DNA of 64,000 bases from contig CAVPFD010000020.1 of NCBI GenBank assembly GCA_963703645.1, positions 17,597 through 81,596 of the forward strand, given 5' to 3'. Each line of letters starts with the position of its first letter. Positions within the stretch are counted from its first letter, which is position 1. Position numbers and translations under genes: made by a program. Shown here in pieces: positions 48,114 to 57,739 of this stretch. Below the pieces are notes generated by a model. The model searched no databases and was not told where the DNA came from. It was given only the letters and a program-made list of their open reading frames with translations. The stretch is from an uncultured Acidobacteriaceae bacterium (GTDB taxonomy: Bacteria; Acidobacteriota; Terriglobia; Terriglobales; Acidobacteriaceae).

Positions 48114-48250
48114 GGCTCAGCTCGATTATGAAAATGAAAATCAATTTCATAATTGAGATTAAGCCGGGCGGAACGAGTTTGATGTGACGGGAGTCACTGC
48201 CGGCTGTGATTTGGGGCGGAGAAGTGCATGCGCTTTCGAGGCATTGCCGG

Positions 48251-49456
48251 CTATACGCGCTCCAGTACCATCGCGATGCCCTGCCCTACACCAATGCACA
48301 TGGTGCACAGGGCATAGCGTCCGCGAGTGCGCTGCAGTTGGCGCATAGCGGTGGTCACCAGCCGCGCCCCGCTCGCGCCCAGAGGATGGCCAATCGCAAT
48401 CGCTCCCCCGTTGGGATTGACCTGCGCCGCGTCGTCGGGAATTCCGAGCTCGCGAAGAACGGCCAGCGCCTGCGACGCGAAGGCCTCATTCAACTCAATA
48501 ACGTTTATGTCAGCTACACCGAGTTTCGCCAACGCCAGCACCTTGCGCGTCGCTGGAGCCGGGCCCATGCCCATGATGCGCGGCGCCACCCCCGCGGCCG
48601 CGGAAGCGACGACATGCGCCTTCGGCGTCAGGCCGAAGCGCTTGACCGCGTCTTCCGAAGCCAGCAGCAGGGCGCACGCTCCGTCGTTAACACCGGAGGC
48701 ATTACCCGCTGTGATGGTGCCGTTGGGTCTGACGATGGGCTTGAGCGCCGCGAGACCTTGCAGCGTAGTATTCGGACGCGGATGTTCGTCTTTATCCACG
48801 ACCAGCGGCGCGCCCTTACTCGTCGAAATTGTGACCGCGATGATTTCTTCGGCCAAAACGCCGCTCTTCACCGCCGCCGCTGTGCGCTGCTGACTGCGAT
48901 AAGCGAAGGCGTCCTGGTCTTCCCGCGAGATATTGAACTCTTGGGCCACGTTCTCGCCGGTCTCCGGCATGGAATCCACGCCGTACTGCGCCTTCATCAG
49001 AGGGTTCACGAAGCGCCAGCCGATGGTGGTGTCTTCCAGCTTCATGCTTCGCGAGAATGCACTGTCGCCCTTCGCCATGACGAACGGTGCGCGCGACATG
49101 CTTTCGACGCCGCCAGCAATGACGAGGGCGTTCTCTCCAGTCTTGATCGCACGCGCAGCAACCGCAACTGCATCCATGCTGGAGCCGCAAAGACGGTTTA
49201 CCGTTGTTCCGGGAACGGTTTGCGGCAGGCCCGACAGTAGAAGCGCCATGCGAGCGACGTTGCGATTATCTTCCCCCGCCTGATTGGCGCAGCCCAGGAT
49301 GACGTTGTCCACCGCGCTCCAATCAACCGACGGGTTGCGCTCACGCAAGGCCTTGATCGGGATTGCCGCAAGGTCATCGGTGCGGATCGACGAGAGAACG
49401 CCACCATAGCGGCCGAAGGGCGTCCTGATTGCGTCACAGATGAAAGCGTCGGGCAT
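48251..49456 (-). CDS. Acetyl-CoA C-acyltransferase (thiolase; 3-oxoadipyl-CoA thiolase-like)
   Basis: AFICDAIRTPFGRYGG...VNRLCGSSMDAV (active-site Cys)...NPNGGAIAIGHPLGASG...CIGVGQG. Confidence 0.9.
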   Translation of the reverse strand: MPDAFICDAIRTPFGRYGGVLSSIRTDDLAAIPIKALRERNPSVDWSAVDNVILGCANQAGEDNRNVARMALLLSGLPQTVPGTTVNRLCGSSMDAVAVAARAIKTGENALVIAGGVESMSRAPFVMAKGDSAFSRSMKLEDTTIGWRFVNPLMKAQYGVDSMPETGENVAQEFNISREDQDAFAYRSQQRTAAAVKSGVLAEEIIAVTISTSKGAPLVVDKDEHPRPNTTLQGLAALKPIVRPNGTITAGNASGVNDGACALLLASEDAVKRFGLTPKAHVVASAAAGVAPRIMGMGPAPATRKVLALAKLGVADINVIELNEAFASQALAVLRELGIPDDAAQVNPNGGAIAIGHPLGASGARLVTTAMRQLQRTRGRYALCTMCIGVGQGIAMVLERV

Positions 49457-49558
49457 GAGTGAACTGGGCCCACTCCTGTCGGGGCCCAGTTCATCATAAC
49501 TTGAGCGCGGGCAATGAGCGTGCGTCAGGATTGCGCCGGGCCATACCAGCGCCCAAGC

Positions 49559-50930
49559 TTACGTTCTTCTACGTCGCGTGGGAATCTGATGGCGCTTCAG
49601 TTTGTTGTAAAGCGAGCTGCGCGCGATTCCGAGACGCCGTGCGCTGCGTTCGATGGAACCGCCCTCGTCCTGCAGCACCAGATTTATGTAGGCGCGCTCC
49701 ATGTGTTTCAGGGTTCCCATCATTTGGGGTTGCGTGGCAAGGGTGGAACCCTGGAGCTGAAGATGATGCACGGCGAGGCGGTTGCGCTCCGTCAGCAAGG
49801 CCGCCCGCTCCAGAACGTTGCGCAGCTCACGAATGTTGCCCGGCCAGCAATACGCCTGAAGGGCGTCCATGGCAGACTTCTCCAGCGTAACCTCGCCGCG
49901 ACCGCGCTCCTGCGCCAAACGATCGAGGAAGTGCTGCGCCAGCGTCGGGATGTCTTCTACCCGCTCGCGCAGCGGAGGCACTCGCAGGGGAACGATGTTG
50001 ACGCGGAAGTAAAGGTCGCTGCGAAATTTCTGCTGCCGGACCAGGTCCAGGAGCTCGCGGTGAGTTGCCGAAATCAGCCGGATGTCAACGCTCCGGTCGC
50101 GCACGTCGCCCAAGCGGCGAAACACCTGATCTTCAAGAACCTTGAGGAGCTTGGGCTGAATGTGCAAGTCGATGTCTCCGACTTCATCCAGGAAAACGGT
50201 ACCGCGATTGGCAACCTCGAGCAGCCCTTGCTTGGTCTGCAGAGCGCTGGTGAATGCCCCTTTCTCGTGGCCGAAAAGCTCTGACTCGAGCAGTTCGCGG
50301 GAGAGCCCTGCACAGTTCAGGTCGAGGAACGGCTGTTCGGCCCGAGGCCCGTTGCGGTGGATCCAGTTGGCCAGTACCCCCTTGCCGGAGCCGGTTTCGC
50401 CTTGTAACAGAATGGGACTCTCGCTGTTCGCCACGCGCCGGGCAAGCTGCTGCAAGCCCCGAATTGCAGCGCTGCTTCCGAGAAAAGGGTCGATGCATTC
50501 CTGCTTGCCGTTGGAGATGCCGGTCAGCGCGAGGGGGCGATGACGCTGGTTCGCCAAAACCCTCAGCAGCACCGCATGAAGCAGGGATAGTTCCACAGGC
50601 TTGGTAAGGAACTGTTCGGCGCCATCCTGAATTGCGCGCACCGCCGCCTCTGCAGAACCCTGGCCGACCAAAGCTATGACGGGGATGCTGGATTCCGTAC
50701 TCTTGATTCGCTGCAGCAGTTGCAGCGCGTCGCCATTGGGGAAGGAGAAGTCGAGGATGGCCGCGTCGGGATGGAATTTCTGAAGCTGTAGTTGGGCGTC
50801 GCGGGTGCTCGGGGCCTCGGCGACCAGGTGGCCTTGCCCCAGGAGAAAAGTTGCAGATTCCAGACCGGATGACTGGATCGACGTCGATGACAAGAATTCG
50901 ATTCTTGCTCAAGCACTCACCTGCGGCCAC
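49559..50930 (-). pseudogene. Sigma-54-dependent response regulator (receiver + AAA+ + Fis HTH); N-terminal frameshift
   Basis: GETGSGKGVLANWIH, ESELFGHEKGAFTSA, and the HTH ARRLGIARSSLYNKLKRH. The receiver start NRILVIDVDPVIRSG lies in ORF 50184..50930 and joins ..LESATFLLGQGHLV.. near 50865. Confidence 0.85.
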
Positions 50931-51124
50931 AAAAAGTGCTCGAGGGTCTTGTACGGCCTACACGAAAAACCTGGATCAAGTTGGGAGTCGTGACCCTACC
51001 AGTTGCAGTTGGCGCCGCCCATGCAGTCTTCTGTTTGCCACGGTGCGGCGACCAGGTGTGCCTAATGCTCTCCGCAAAACGGATCCATGGCAGTGACGCC
51101 GGTCACCTCTGAATGTTCACAGAC

Positions 51125-51157
51125 AAAAAAAGGCGGACCCCGGTCAAGGAGTCCGCC
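51125..51157 (-). terminator. Rho-independent terminator at the 3' end of the polysaccharide operon
   Basis: The minus strand reads ggcggac-(12-nt loop)-gtccgcc followed by ttttttt, 64 nt after the stop of CDS 51221..52063. Confidence 0.7.
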
Positions 51158-51220
51158 AAGAGCCCAACAGCTTAGGAGGAGTCTATGCTTCGCCCGTTTA
51201 TAGGAAAGGCTGGAATCTTG

Positions 51221-52063
51221 TCAGTGGTTTACTTCGAACCTCTTCAGACCTGACAACTGCAGAGCGATGTCCCACAGGAAGCGCGGATTGTTTGTGAGAT
51301 ATCGCCGCCAGAGCCGGCGCGGCTCCTGGCATAGCCGGTCCAGCCATTGCAAACCACAATTCTTGACCCATTGGGGCGCATCGACGAGAAGCCCGGCGTG
51401 GATGTCAAAGGCCGCTCCCACACCGACCATCAAGCTGGTGTCAAGCCTCTCGATGTAATGCGCCATGAAGTGCTCCTGCTTCGGAGTGCTGAGACCGACC
51501 CAGACGATATCAGGCCGGTTTTCGTTAATGCGCGCGATCACGTTCTCTTCTTCCGCGCGAGCCAGCGGCCGGAATGGCGGCGTGTAGGTCCCCACAATGT
51601 CGATGGCAGGAATAAGAATCTCCAGCCGGTCTCGCAGCCTCTCCGCAATTCCCGGCTTGCCACCGTAAAGGAAGTGGCGATAACCATGCCTCGCGGACAG
51701 CTCGCACAGTTGCAGCATGAAATCGGGACCATACACACGCTCCATCGTCTTATGACCCTGCAGATGCCCGATCCAGACGGTCGGCATTCCATCAGGGATA
51801 CACAGGAATGCGCGGTTCAGGGTTTCGCGCAAAGCGGCATCGCGCTGCGCTTCCATGACGCCGTGCACTCCTGTGACGCAGATGTACCCCTTACTGCGCT
51901 CACGGAGCAACCGTTCCGAGAGCAGCAGCGCTTCGGCCATGTTGAGCGCGCTGATACCGACCCCGAGAACGTTGGCCCGCGGGGGTGCGCCGATACTAGA
52001 CGGGCGCATACTGTAACGCCTCAGCTGAGCCGGCCGGCCTTCTGCAGTTCCTGCTCGATCCAC
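51221..52063 (-). CDS. WecB/TagA/CpsF-family glycosyltransferase
   Basis: VLGVGISALNMAEALLL...GYICVTGVHGVMEAQRD...FLCIPDGMPTVWIG...YGPDFM...FLYGGKPG. Likely start is the ATG at 52009. Confidence 0.8.
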   Translation of the reverse strand: MDRAGTAEGRPAQLRRYSMRPSSIGAPPRANVLGVGISALNMAEALLLSERLLRERSKGYICVTGVHGVMEAQRDAALRETLNRAFLCIPDGMPTVWIGHLQGHKTMERVYGPDFMLQLCELSARHGYRHFLYGGKPGIAERLRDRLEILIPAIDIVGTYTPPFRPLARAEEENVIARINENRPDIVWVGLSTPKQEHFMAHYIERLDTSLMVGVGAAFDIHAGLLVDAPQWVKNCGLQWLDRLCQEPRRLWRRYLTNNPRFLWDIALQLSGLKRFEVNH

Positions 52064-52998
52064 TCGTAGGTGATCGCCAGACCATCACGAAGCCGCGTCC
52101 GCGGCTCCCAGGAGAGCACGTTTCGCAGGCGCGAGTTATCGCTGTTGCGGCCGCGCACGCCCTGCGGTTTGCTGAGATCGTGGCGTTTGGCCAGATTCTT
52201 ACCTGCAATCTCACAGGCCATGTCAACCAATTCATCGACCGTCACCAGTTCTTCGGTCCCGAGATTCAGCGGTTCACGATGATCGCTGGCCATCAGACGC
52301 AGCAGGCCATCGACGCAATCAGAAATGAACATGAAAGAACGGGTTTGCTGGCCGTCGCCCCAGATGTCGATATAGCCATCGCTCGGAGCCAAGGCCACTT
52401 TGCGGCAAATGGCAGCCGGCGCCTTCTCCTTGCCGCCTTCGTAGGTGCCGAGCGGACCATAAACGTTGTGAAACCGGACCACTCGCGTCTCGAAGCCGAA
52501 GTCGTGCAGGTAATACCGGCAGAGCTGCTCGGTGAACAGCTTCTCCCATCCGTAGCCGGCTTCGGGATCTGCGGGATGAGCGTCTTCTTCCCTGCAACGG
52601 CGTCACATCCGCCGATTCTGCTTGTATCCGGCATAGACGCATGCCGAGGAGGAAAACAGGAAGCGCCGGATGCCGTTCAGGCGTGCGGCTTCCAGCATGT
52701 GCGCGTTGATCAGGATATTGTTGCGGGCGATGTCGGCCAGTTGCGCGGTGATGTAGCCGATTCCGCCCATGTCCGCCGCGAGATTGTAAACCTGGTGCAT
52801 ATCGCTGGTGGCCTGCAGCGTGTTATGCCAGAAGCGAAGATCGAGAAGCTCGAATTCATCGGCGGCGGTGGTCTCGAACTCGGGTTCCTTGATATCGACG
52901 CCGCGTACCCAATATCCGTCTGCCTTCAGCCGCTTTACCAGATGATGACCGATGAAGCCACCGGCGCCGGTGACCAAAACGCGAGTTGCTGCTTTCAT
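52021..52998 (-). pseudogene. NAD-dependent sugar epimerase, GDP-mannose 3,5-epimerase-like; short out-of-frame segment
   Basis: VLVTGAGGFIGHHL...SSACVYAGYKQ then an out-of-frame stretch of about 12 codons with a stop, then EEDAHPADPEAGYGWEKLF..RFHNVYGPLGTYEGGKEKAPAAICRK..GDGQQTRSF..GVRGRNSDN back in the original frame. Confidence 0.75.
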
Positions 52999-53104
52999 GT
53001 GGAGACGCCCCCTTTTGCGGTGAGAGTGGAGATCAAGATTTCCAGGAGAATCGGGACAGTTGCGAAGCCGGCTTCACAGGTGCGTCATCTGTTTCGCATT
53101 GAGG

Positions 53105-54245
53105 TCAGTTAGTAAGAACTGCCTCGTAAATGTTCATCAGACGCTCGTAATTCTGTTCGGCCGTGTACTTCTGCTGGTAGCGTTTTCGCGCGGCAGAGCC
53201 CATCGCGGCCATCTCTGCGGGGTGTGTCCAGCCCCACTCGGCTTTGACAGTCGGTTTCCCCGATGTTCTGCGGATCAAAGAGCAGGCCCGTCTGGCCATC
53301 AACCACCAACTCCGGAACTCCACCAACGCGGGCGGCAACGGCCGGAACGCCACACGCCGCCGCTTCTACCAGCGCCATGCCAAAGGGCTCGTACCAGCGG
53401 CTCGGGGAACACGAGGAAGCGCGCATTTCTGGTCTGCGCTCGCGCATCGTCCGCGCTCAACTGCCCGAGCAGCCTAATATAATTCGCGCAGCTGGCCGTC
53501 CCCAACCACGACCAACGGAATGTGCGGAAGCCGCTGCCACCCTGCAGCATCTCGACCCTTCTCGGGGCAGGCCGAGGAACAAGGCATAGTCTCCGAGACC
53601 GGAGCGGGTGCGGGATCCACGGCAGGAAGTTTGGCTTGACATGACTTTTCCGCCGGCAACCCGGCGGCGACGAAGTAATCATGCGTGAACTGGCTCAAGG
53701 CCACGAAGGCATCAACCGCTCGCTCCATGTCCCAGCAGACGATGTGTACCGAGCATCATCGCTACAGCTGCGGTTTGCAAGCGCGAACCCCGATAGCATC
53801 CGCGCGCCAAGCCCCGGCCCAAGCTGCGCACACAGTCCTGGCAGACCTGGCCATCGCAATACAAAGTCGCAGACGGGCACAGCAGCCGATAGTTGTGGAG
53901 AGTCTGCACCACGGGGAATGCCGGCGGACTTGCCGCTGGCCGCGCGACTGGTCAGGCAGCCGGGCTCAATAGCGGCATCAGGTTGTGGCAGTGTGCAACG
54001 TCAGGGCGCTCCTTCGCGATGACTTCACGAATCTGAGCGTGCGCGCCGCAATTCCACGTCGTGCTGACCGCTAGCCCTGCCTTTCTTATCGGGCCGTACC
54101 CGGTGATGGCTGAGTTGCTGCGTATGAACGGCACAACGCGATGTCCGGCGCTGCGAAGCATCTCCATCTCAGCGCGCACCACGGCGTCTTCCCCGCCGGG
54201 CTGCTGATACTGGTTGTGGATCACAAGCACGCTAAGCTTGCGCAT
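53105..54245 (-). pseudogene. GT4-family glycosyltransferase, heavily fragmented
   Basis: Pieces lie in all three frames: MRKLSVLVIHNQYQQPGGED.., VVQTLHNYRLLCPSATLYCDG.., DAFVALSQFTHDYFVAAG.., GDYALFLG.., IPLVVVGDGQLRELY, and PSRWYEPFGMALVEAAACGVPAVAARVGGVPELVVDGQTGLLFDP (EX7E motif). At least 6 frame switches. Confidence 0.7.
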
Positions 54246-55083
54246 GCCTCGACACCATCCGCGCTTTGTATCCACCGGGTATCGTCGCCCACCATCCGCC
54301 GGACACGGATCTCGCGTACAACGTTGCCGCTGAGCACTTTCCGCATTACCCTCTTCACGCGATGCACATCCGCGAGCAGCTTGAACGTGCCATCCGAGTG
54401 CTGGCCCCCTCCAAAGTTAAGCTGCACCTGGCGGCGTTCCTGCGCACGCCTGTGCAACTGGTTCAGGCTGATGTTGTTGCCATGCCAGCGAAATGCGGCG
54501 ATGAATCGCGGCACGTAATGGAATCTGCACCGGCGCGGGCCAGGCGCGCAAGATATTCGAAATCCATGCATACCCGGTAGTCGCAATCCAGCAGCAGGCC
54601 GGACTCAATGACGCGGCGGCGAAAGAAGGTTGAAGTCGAGGGAATGTAACAGCCGAAGTACAACAGGATAGCGGGGTCGAAATCATGCTCGACCTTGGAG
54701 CGAACAATCTTCCCGCTCCTGTCCACAAAAACACAGTCGCCGTAAATGACGTCTGCTTCGGAATGCTCCTGGGCCGCGTGCGCAATCGCCTCCAATGCGC
54801 CCGGCAGATAATAGTCGTCGGCATTCAGCCAGCCCGCCAAGTCGCCGGTGGCACGCAAGAATCCTTTGTTGATCGCATCCGACTGCCCGTTGTCCTTCTC
54901 CGAGGTCCACCGGACATTCGCGTGGCGCTCGAGAATCTCGGCGGTATCGTCAGTTGACGCGCCGTCCACGACAATGTGCTCGACAGCCACACGTTGCTGC
55001 AGCGAAACGCTTAGGATTGCGTCTTCGATAAATTCGCCGCTGTTGAAGGAAGGTGTAATGACGGAAAGCTTGGGAAGAGGCAT
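54221..55083 (-). pseudogene. GT2-family glycosyltransferase; one frameshift
   Basis: MPLPKLSVITPSFNSGEFIEDAILSV...HIVVDGASTDDT...NADD. The tail FHYVPRFIAAFRWHGNNIS... continues in ORF 54221..54586; shift near 54550. Confidence 0.8.
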
Positions 55084-55167
55084 TTGGGCCTGCGGCTCAG
55101 GTACGGGGATGAAAGCTGCAGTCCTGTTCGCGAGAACGATGGATCGTGATTCCCCCACTCGGTTTTG

Positions 55168-56514
55168 TCACAGGGTTAGGCCTGTGGCACGAAACATTTT
55201 CCACGGAACGGACGCGAACGCCGCCGCCAAAATGAATGAGGTCAGCGCGGTGAGCTGCAATTCCGAATATGGCAACGGAACGAAGCCGAGCGTCACTACA
55301 AACTGGGCAGTCAAGTAGGCAAATGCGACGCTCAAAAATGCCCCGCGATTTCCGGCCGCGTATTTCGCCCGCGCGTAGAGCCAGTGCAGAAGCGCAACAT
55401 GAAACCACAGGTAGCAGATCAGGCCCGCCGCTCCATACTTCAGCCACACATGGATGGGCGCATTGTGAACCATCACCGATTCATTCTTCCAATTTCTGAT
55501 TCGCCATGTCGGATAGGCGGTTCCCAATCCGATTCCCATCAGAGGTGACTGCCGCACCTGGTCCCAGGCGTCTTGCAAATCATGCAGATGGTCGGAGTTG
55601 TCGGCACTGAAGTCGCCGTCCCTCTGCATGAAGTCGAGGCTCTGGACCCGCGCTGCAAATGGCTTGCCCAGCATGATCGCTGCCAGGCACAGCATGGTGC
55701 CGATCAGCACGAGGTTGCGGACCCGTTGCCGCTGCTGAAGTAGCAAAAGAGTGCCAGTGCCAATCGCAAGTTCGCCCCAGTAGGTGCGGCGGAAGCAGAG
55801 CAGCACGATGAGGCATGCGGCTGCAGCCAAGGCCATCCACAGATGCCTGTGCAGGGAGCGAGTGACGCTCTCTTGATAGCGAAACGCCAGCAGCGCGGTG
55901 AAAACGATCGCAGAAAGTGCAGGCCCGTCGAAGATCGGAACAGGAAGGCCAAACAGCGTTTCTCCGCGTCCGGTCAGATACAACGCATACAAAATAACTA
56001 TGCGCATCGCCATGTAGGTGGCAAATAACCGCATCGCACTTGCAACATAGAACGGCGTCCGAATCCAGAAGGCCCACACGAAGAACAGGCAAATTCCAAG
56101 CGCGAGCGCACGCCAGTCGAAGAAGACGTTCGACCCGCCGTGGCGGCTGCCGTACGTTACGCCCGCAACAATGCAGAACAGAAACGCCAATCCCGGCACG
56201 ACTAGCGCCCGCGGGAAGCGCACAATGTGTCTGCGTGGGCAAGCCAGCGCCGTCAGATGGATGAAAAACAGTCCCAGAATCCCGAGGTCGATGAAGCGGA
56301 AGCCCGCCGCTGCCTTGCTATACACAAATGATCCCGCCGCGCCATTGCCTTCGTGAACGAATTCCGGCAGAAGAATGGTGGAAAAGAGCGCGCAGAAAAT
56401 CAGGCTTCGCCAACAGCCTACGGCCCAAGGCCGCGCGTCCGGCGGTACCGCGCGCTCAGAATGCAGCGCCGCGGGGTACGAGAGCGCTGAGTTGCAGACT
56501 GCGTTCATGTTCAA
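55168..56514 (-). CDS. O-antigen ligase / Wzy-like polysaccharide polymerase membrane protein
   Basis: 448 aa, at least 10 TM segments, with a periplasmic loop carrying ...LHDLQDAWDQVRQSPLMGIGLGTAY.. as in Wzy_C-type proteins. Confidence 0.65.
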   Translation of the reverse strand: MNMNAVCNSALSYPAALHSERAVPPDARPWAVGCWRSLIFCALFSTILLPEFVHEGNGAAGSFVYSKAAAGFRFIDLGILGLFFIHLTALACPRRHIVRFPRALVVPGLAFLFCIVAGVTYGSRHGGSNVFFDWRALALGICLFFVWAFWIRTPFYVASAMRLFATYMAMRIVILYALYLTGRGETLFGLPVPIFDGPALSAIVFTALLAFRYQESVTRSLHRHLWMALAAAACLIVLLCFRRTYWGELAIGTGTLLLLQQRQRVRNLVLIGTMLCLAAIMLGKPFAARVQSLDFMQRDGDFSADNSDHLHDLQDAWDQVRQSPLMGIGLGTAYPTWRIRNWKNESVMVHNAPIHVWLKYGAAGLICYLWFHVALLHWLYARAKYAAGNRGAFLSVAFAYLTAQFVVTLGFVPLPYSELQLTALTSFILAAAFASVPWKMFRATGLTL

Positions 56515-57735
56515 TGTGGGTGGCCAGGTGTGGCGAATCGGGATAGACGGTCTGTACGAGATTGCGAAAGTCGAAGTCCTGTGCGCGCTCCGAAGCGCCG
56601 GCCGATAAGGAGTCCCACAATCCCGGCGTGGTCATAATTTCGCGTACCGCATCAGCGAAGTCGATGGCCAGCTCTTTGCGTCCTTTGCCCTCCGCTGGTA
56701 CGACGCGTCCGCAGCGCTCGTTCACGATCACGCGTGGCCCTCCGAGTTCCGCGCACACAACCGGCAGACCATGCGCCAGAGCTTCCACCACCGCAGTCGC
56801 ACCGGCGTCTCGAAAGCTGGGGAACAGCAGCACACGGGCTGCGCGGTAGTGCGCCTCCAGAACGCTCTGCGGGACCCAGCCGATGCAGTCGACGACTGCG
56901 GAGAGATCCAGCTTCCTGATCAGTCTATTCAACTTCGCTTTTGACGGCCCCTCACCCACGATGGTGAAACGAATATTCGGATGCGATTGTTTGAGGTGAT
57001 GAATCGCATGCAGTGCAATGTCTATGCCTTTCCAGTCAACCAGCCGTCCCGCATAGAGAATTCTCAGCCCGCTCCGCTTGGACGTCGCAGCCGATTTGCG
57101 CAAATATTCAGTGGTGAGATAGACCGGCATCTGGATTTCGCATTTGTGCCGGAAGCGTCGCGGTATCAGCGCCAGCGTGTCGGGTGAGATAAGGATCTTG
57201 CTTGCGCGATGGAAGACGCCCCGCATCATCGGGTCTGAGCCGCACCAGCGCATCGGAAATGTCACGCGCAAGTTCGCGGCAATGCTGTCCGAGTGAGAAG
57301 CCTGCGCGAAATCTATATGGGAACTCTCTCTCCGCCGGCCACCGGGCCGAAACAAAAAGGAAGGCCAAGCGATCCCATAAAGCTCGGGTAGCGGACGCTC
57401 ACGTAGGTCACATGGTGCAACACGTCAAACGGCAGCGATGGAAAGAGCCGCCGAACATGGCGGGCTGCGCCCCACTGCCACAACATGTAGTACAGCAGCT
57501 TGCCGGCGGGACATTTTCGCATCCGCTGTACCCATCGCGGCAGATCGTAATAGGTGAAGTGAAGATGAGGACTCTTCGCCTCTGTATCACCTTCGATCGA
57601 CGCTCGATTCTCGGCACGCGTCAAGGCCCAGACACGATGTCCCGACCGCGCCAGTTCCGTGGCCCAGCTCCAGCCCACGCCGGGCTCAGAGCCGCGGCCA
57701 GGTTCGCAGGCGTAAGCGGACAGCAGGATTCGCAT
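56456..57735 (-). pseudogene. GT4-family glycosyltransferase; one frameshift
   Basis: 57313..57735 (MRILLSAYACEPGRGSEPGVGWSWATELARSGHRVW..) joins 56456..57355 (..ILYAGRLVDWKGIDIA...LLFPSFRDAGATAVVEALAHGLPVVCAELGGP). Shift near 57340. Confidence 0.8.
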
Positions 57736-57739
57736 CGAG

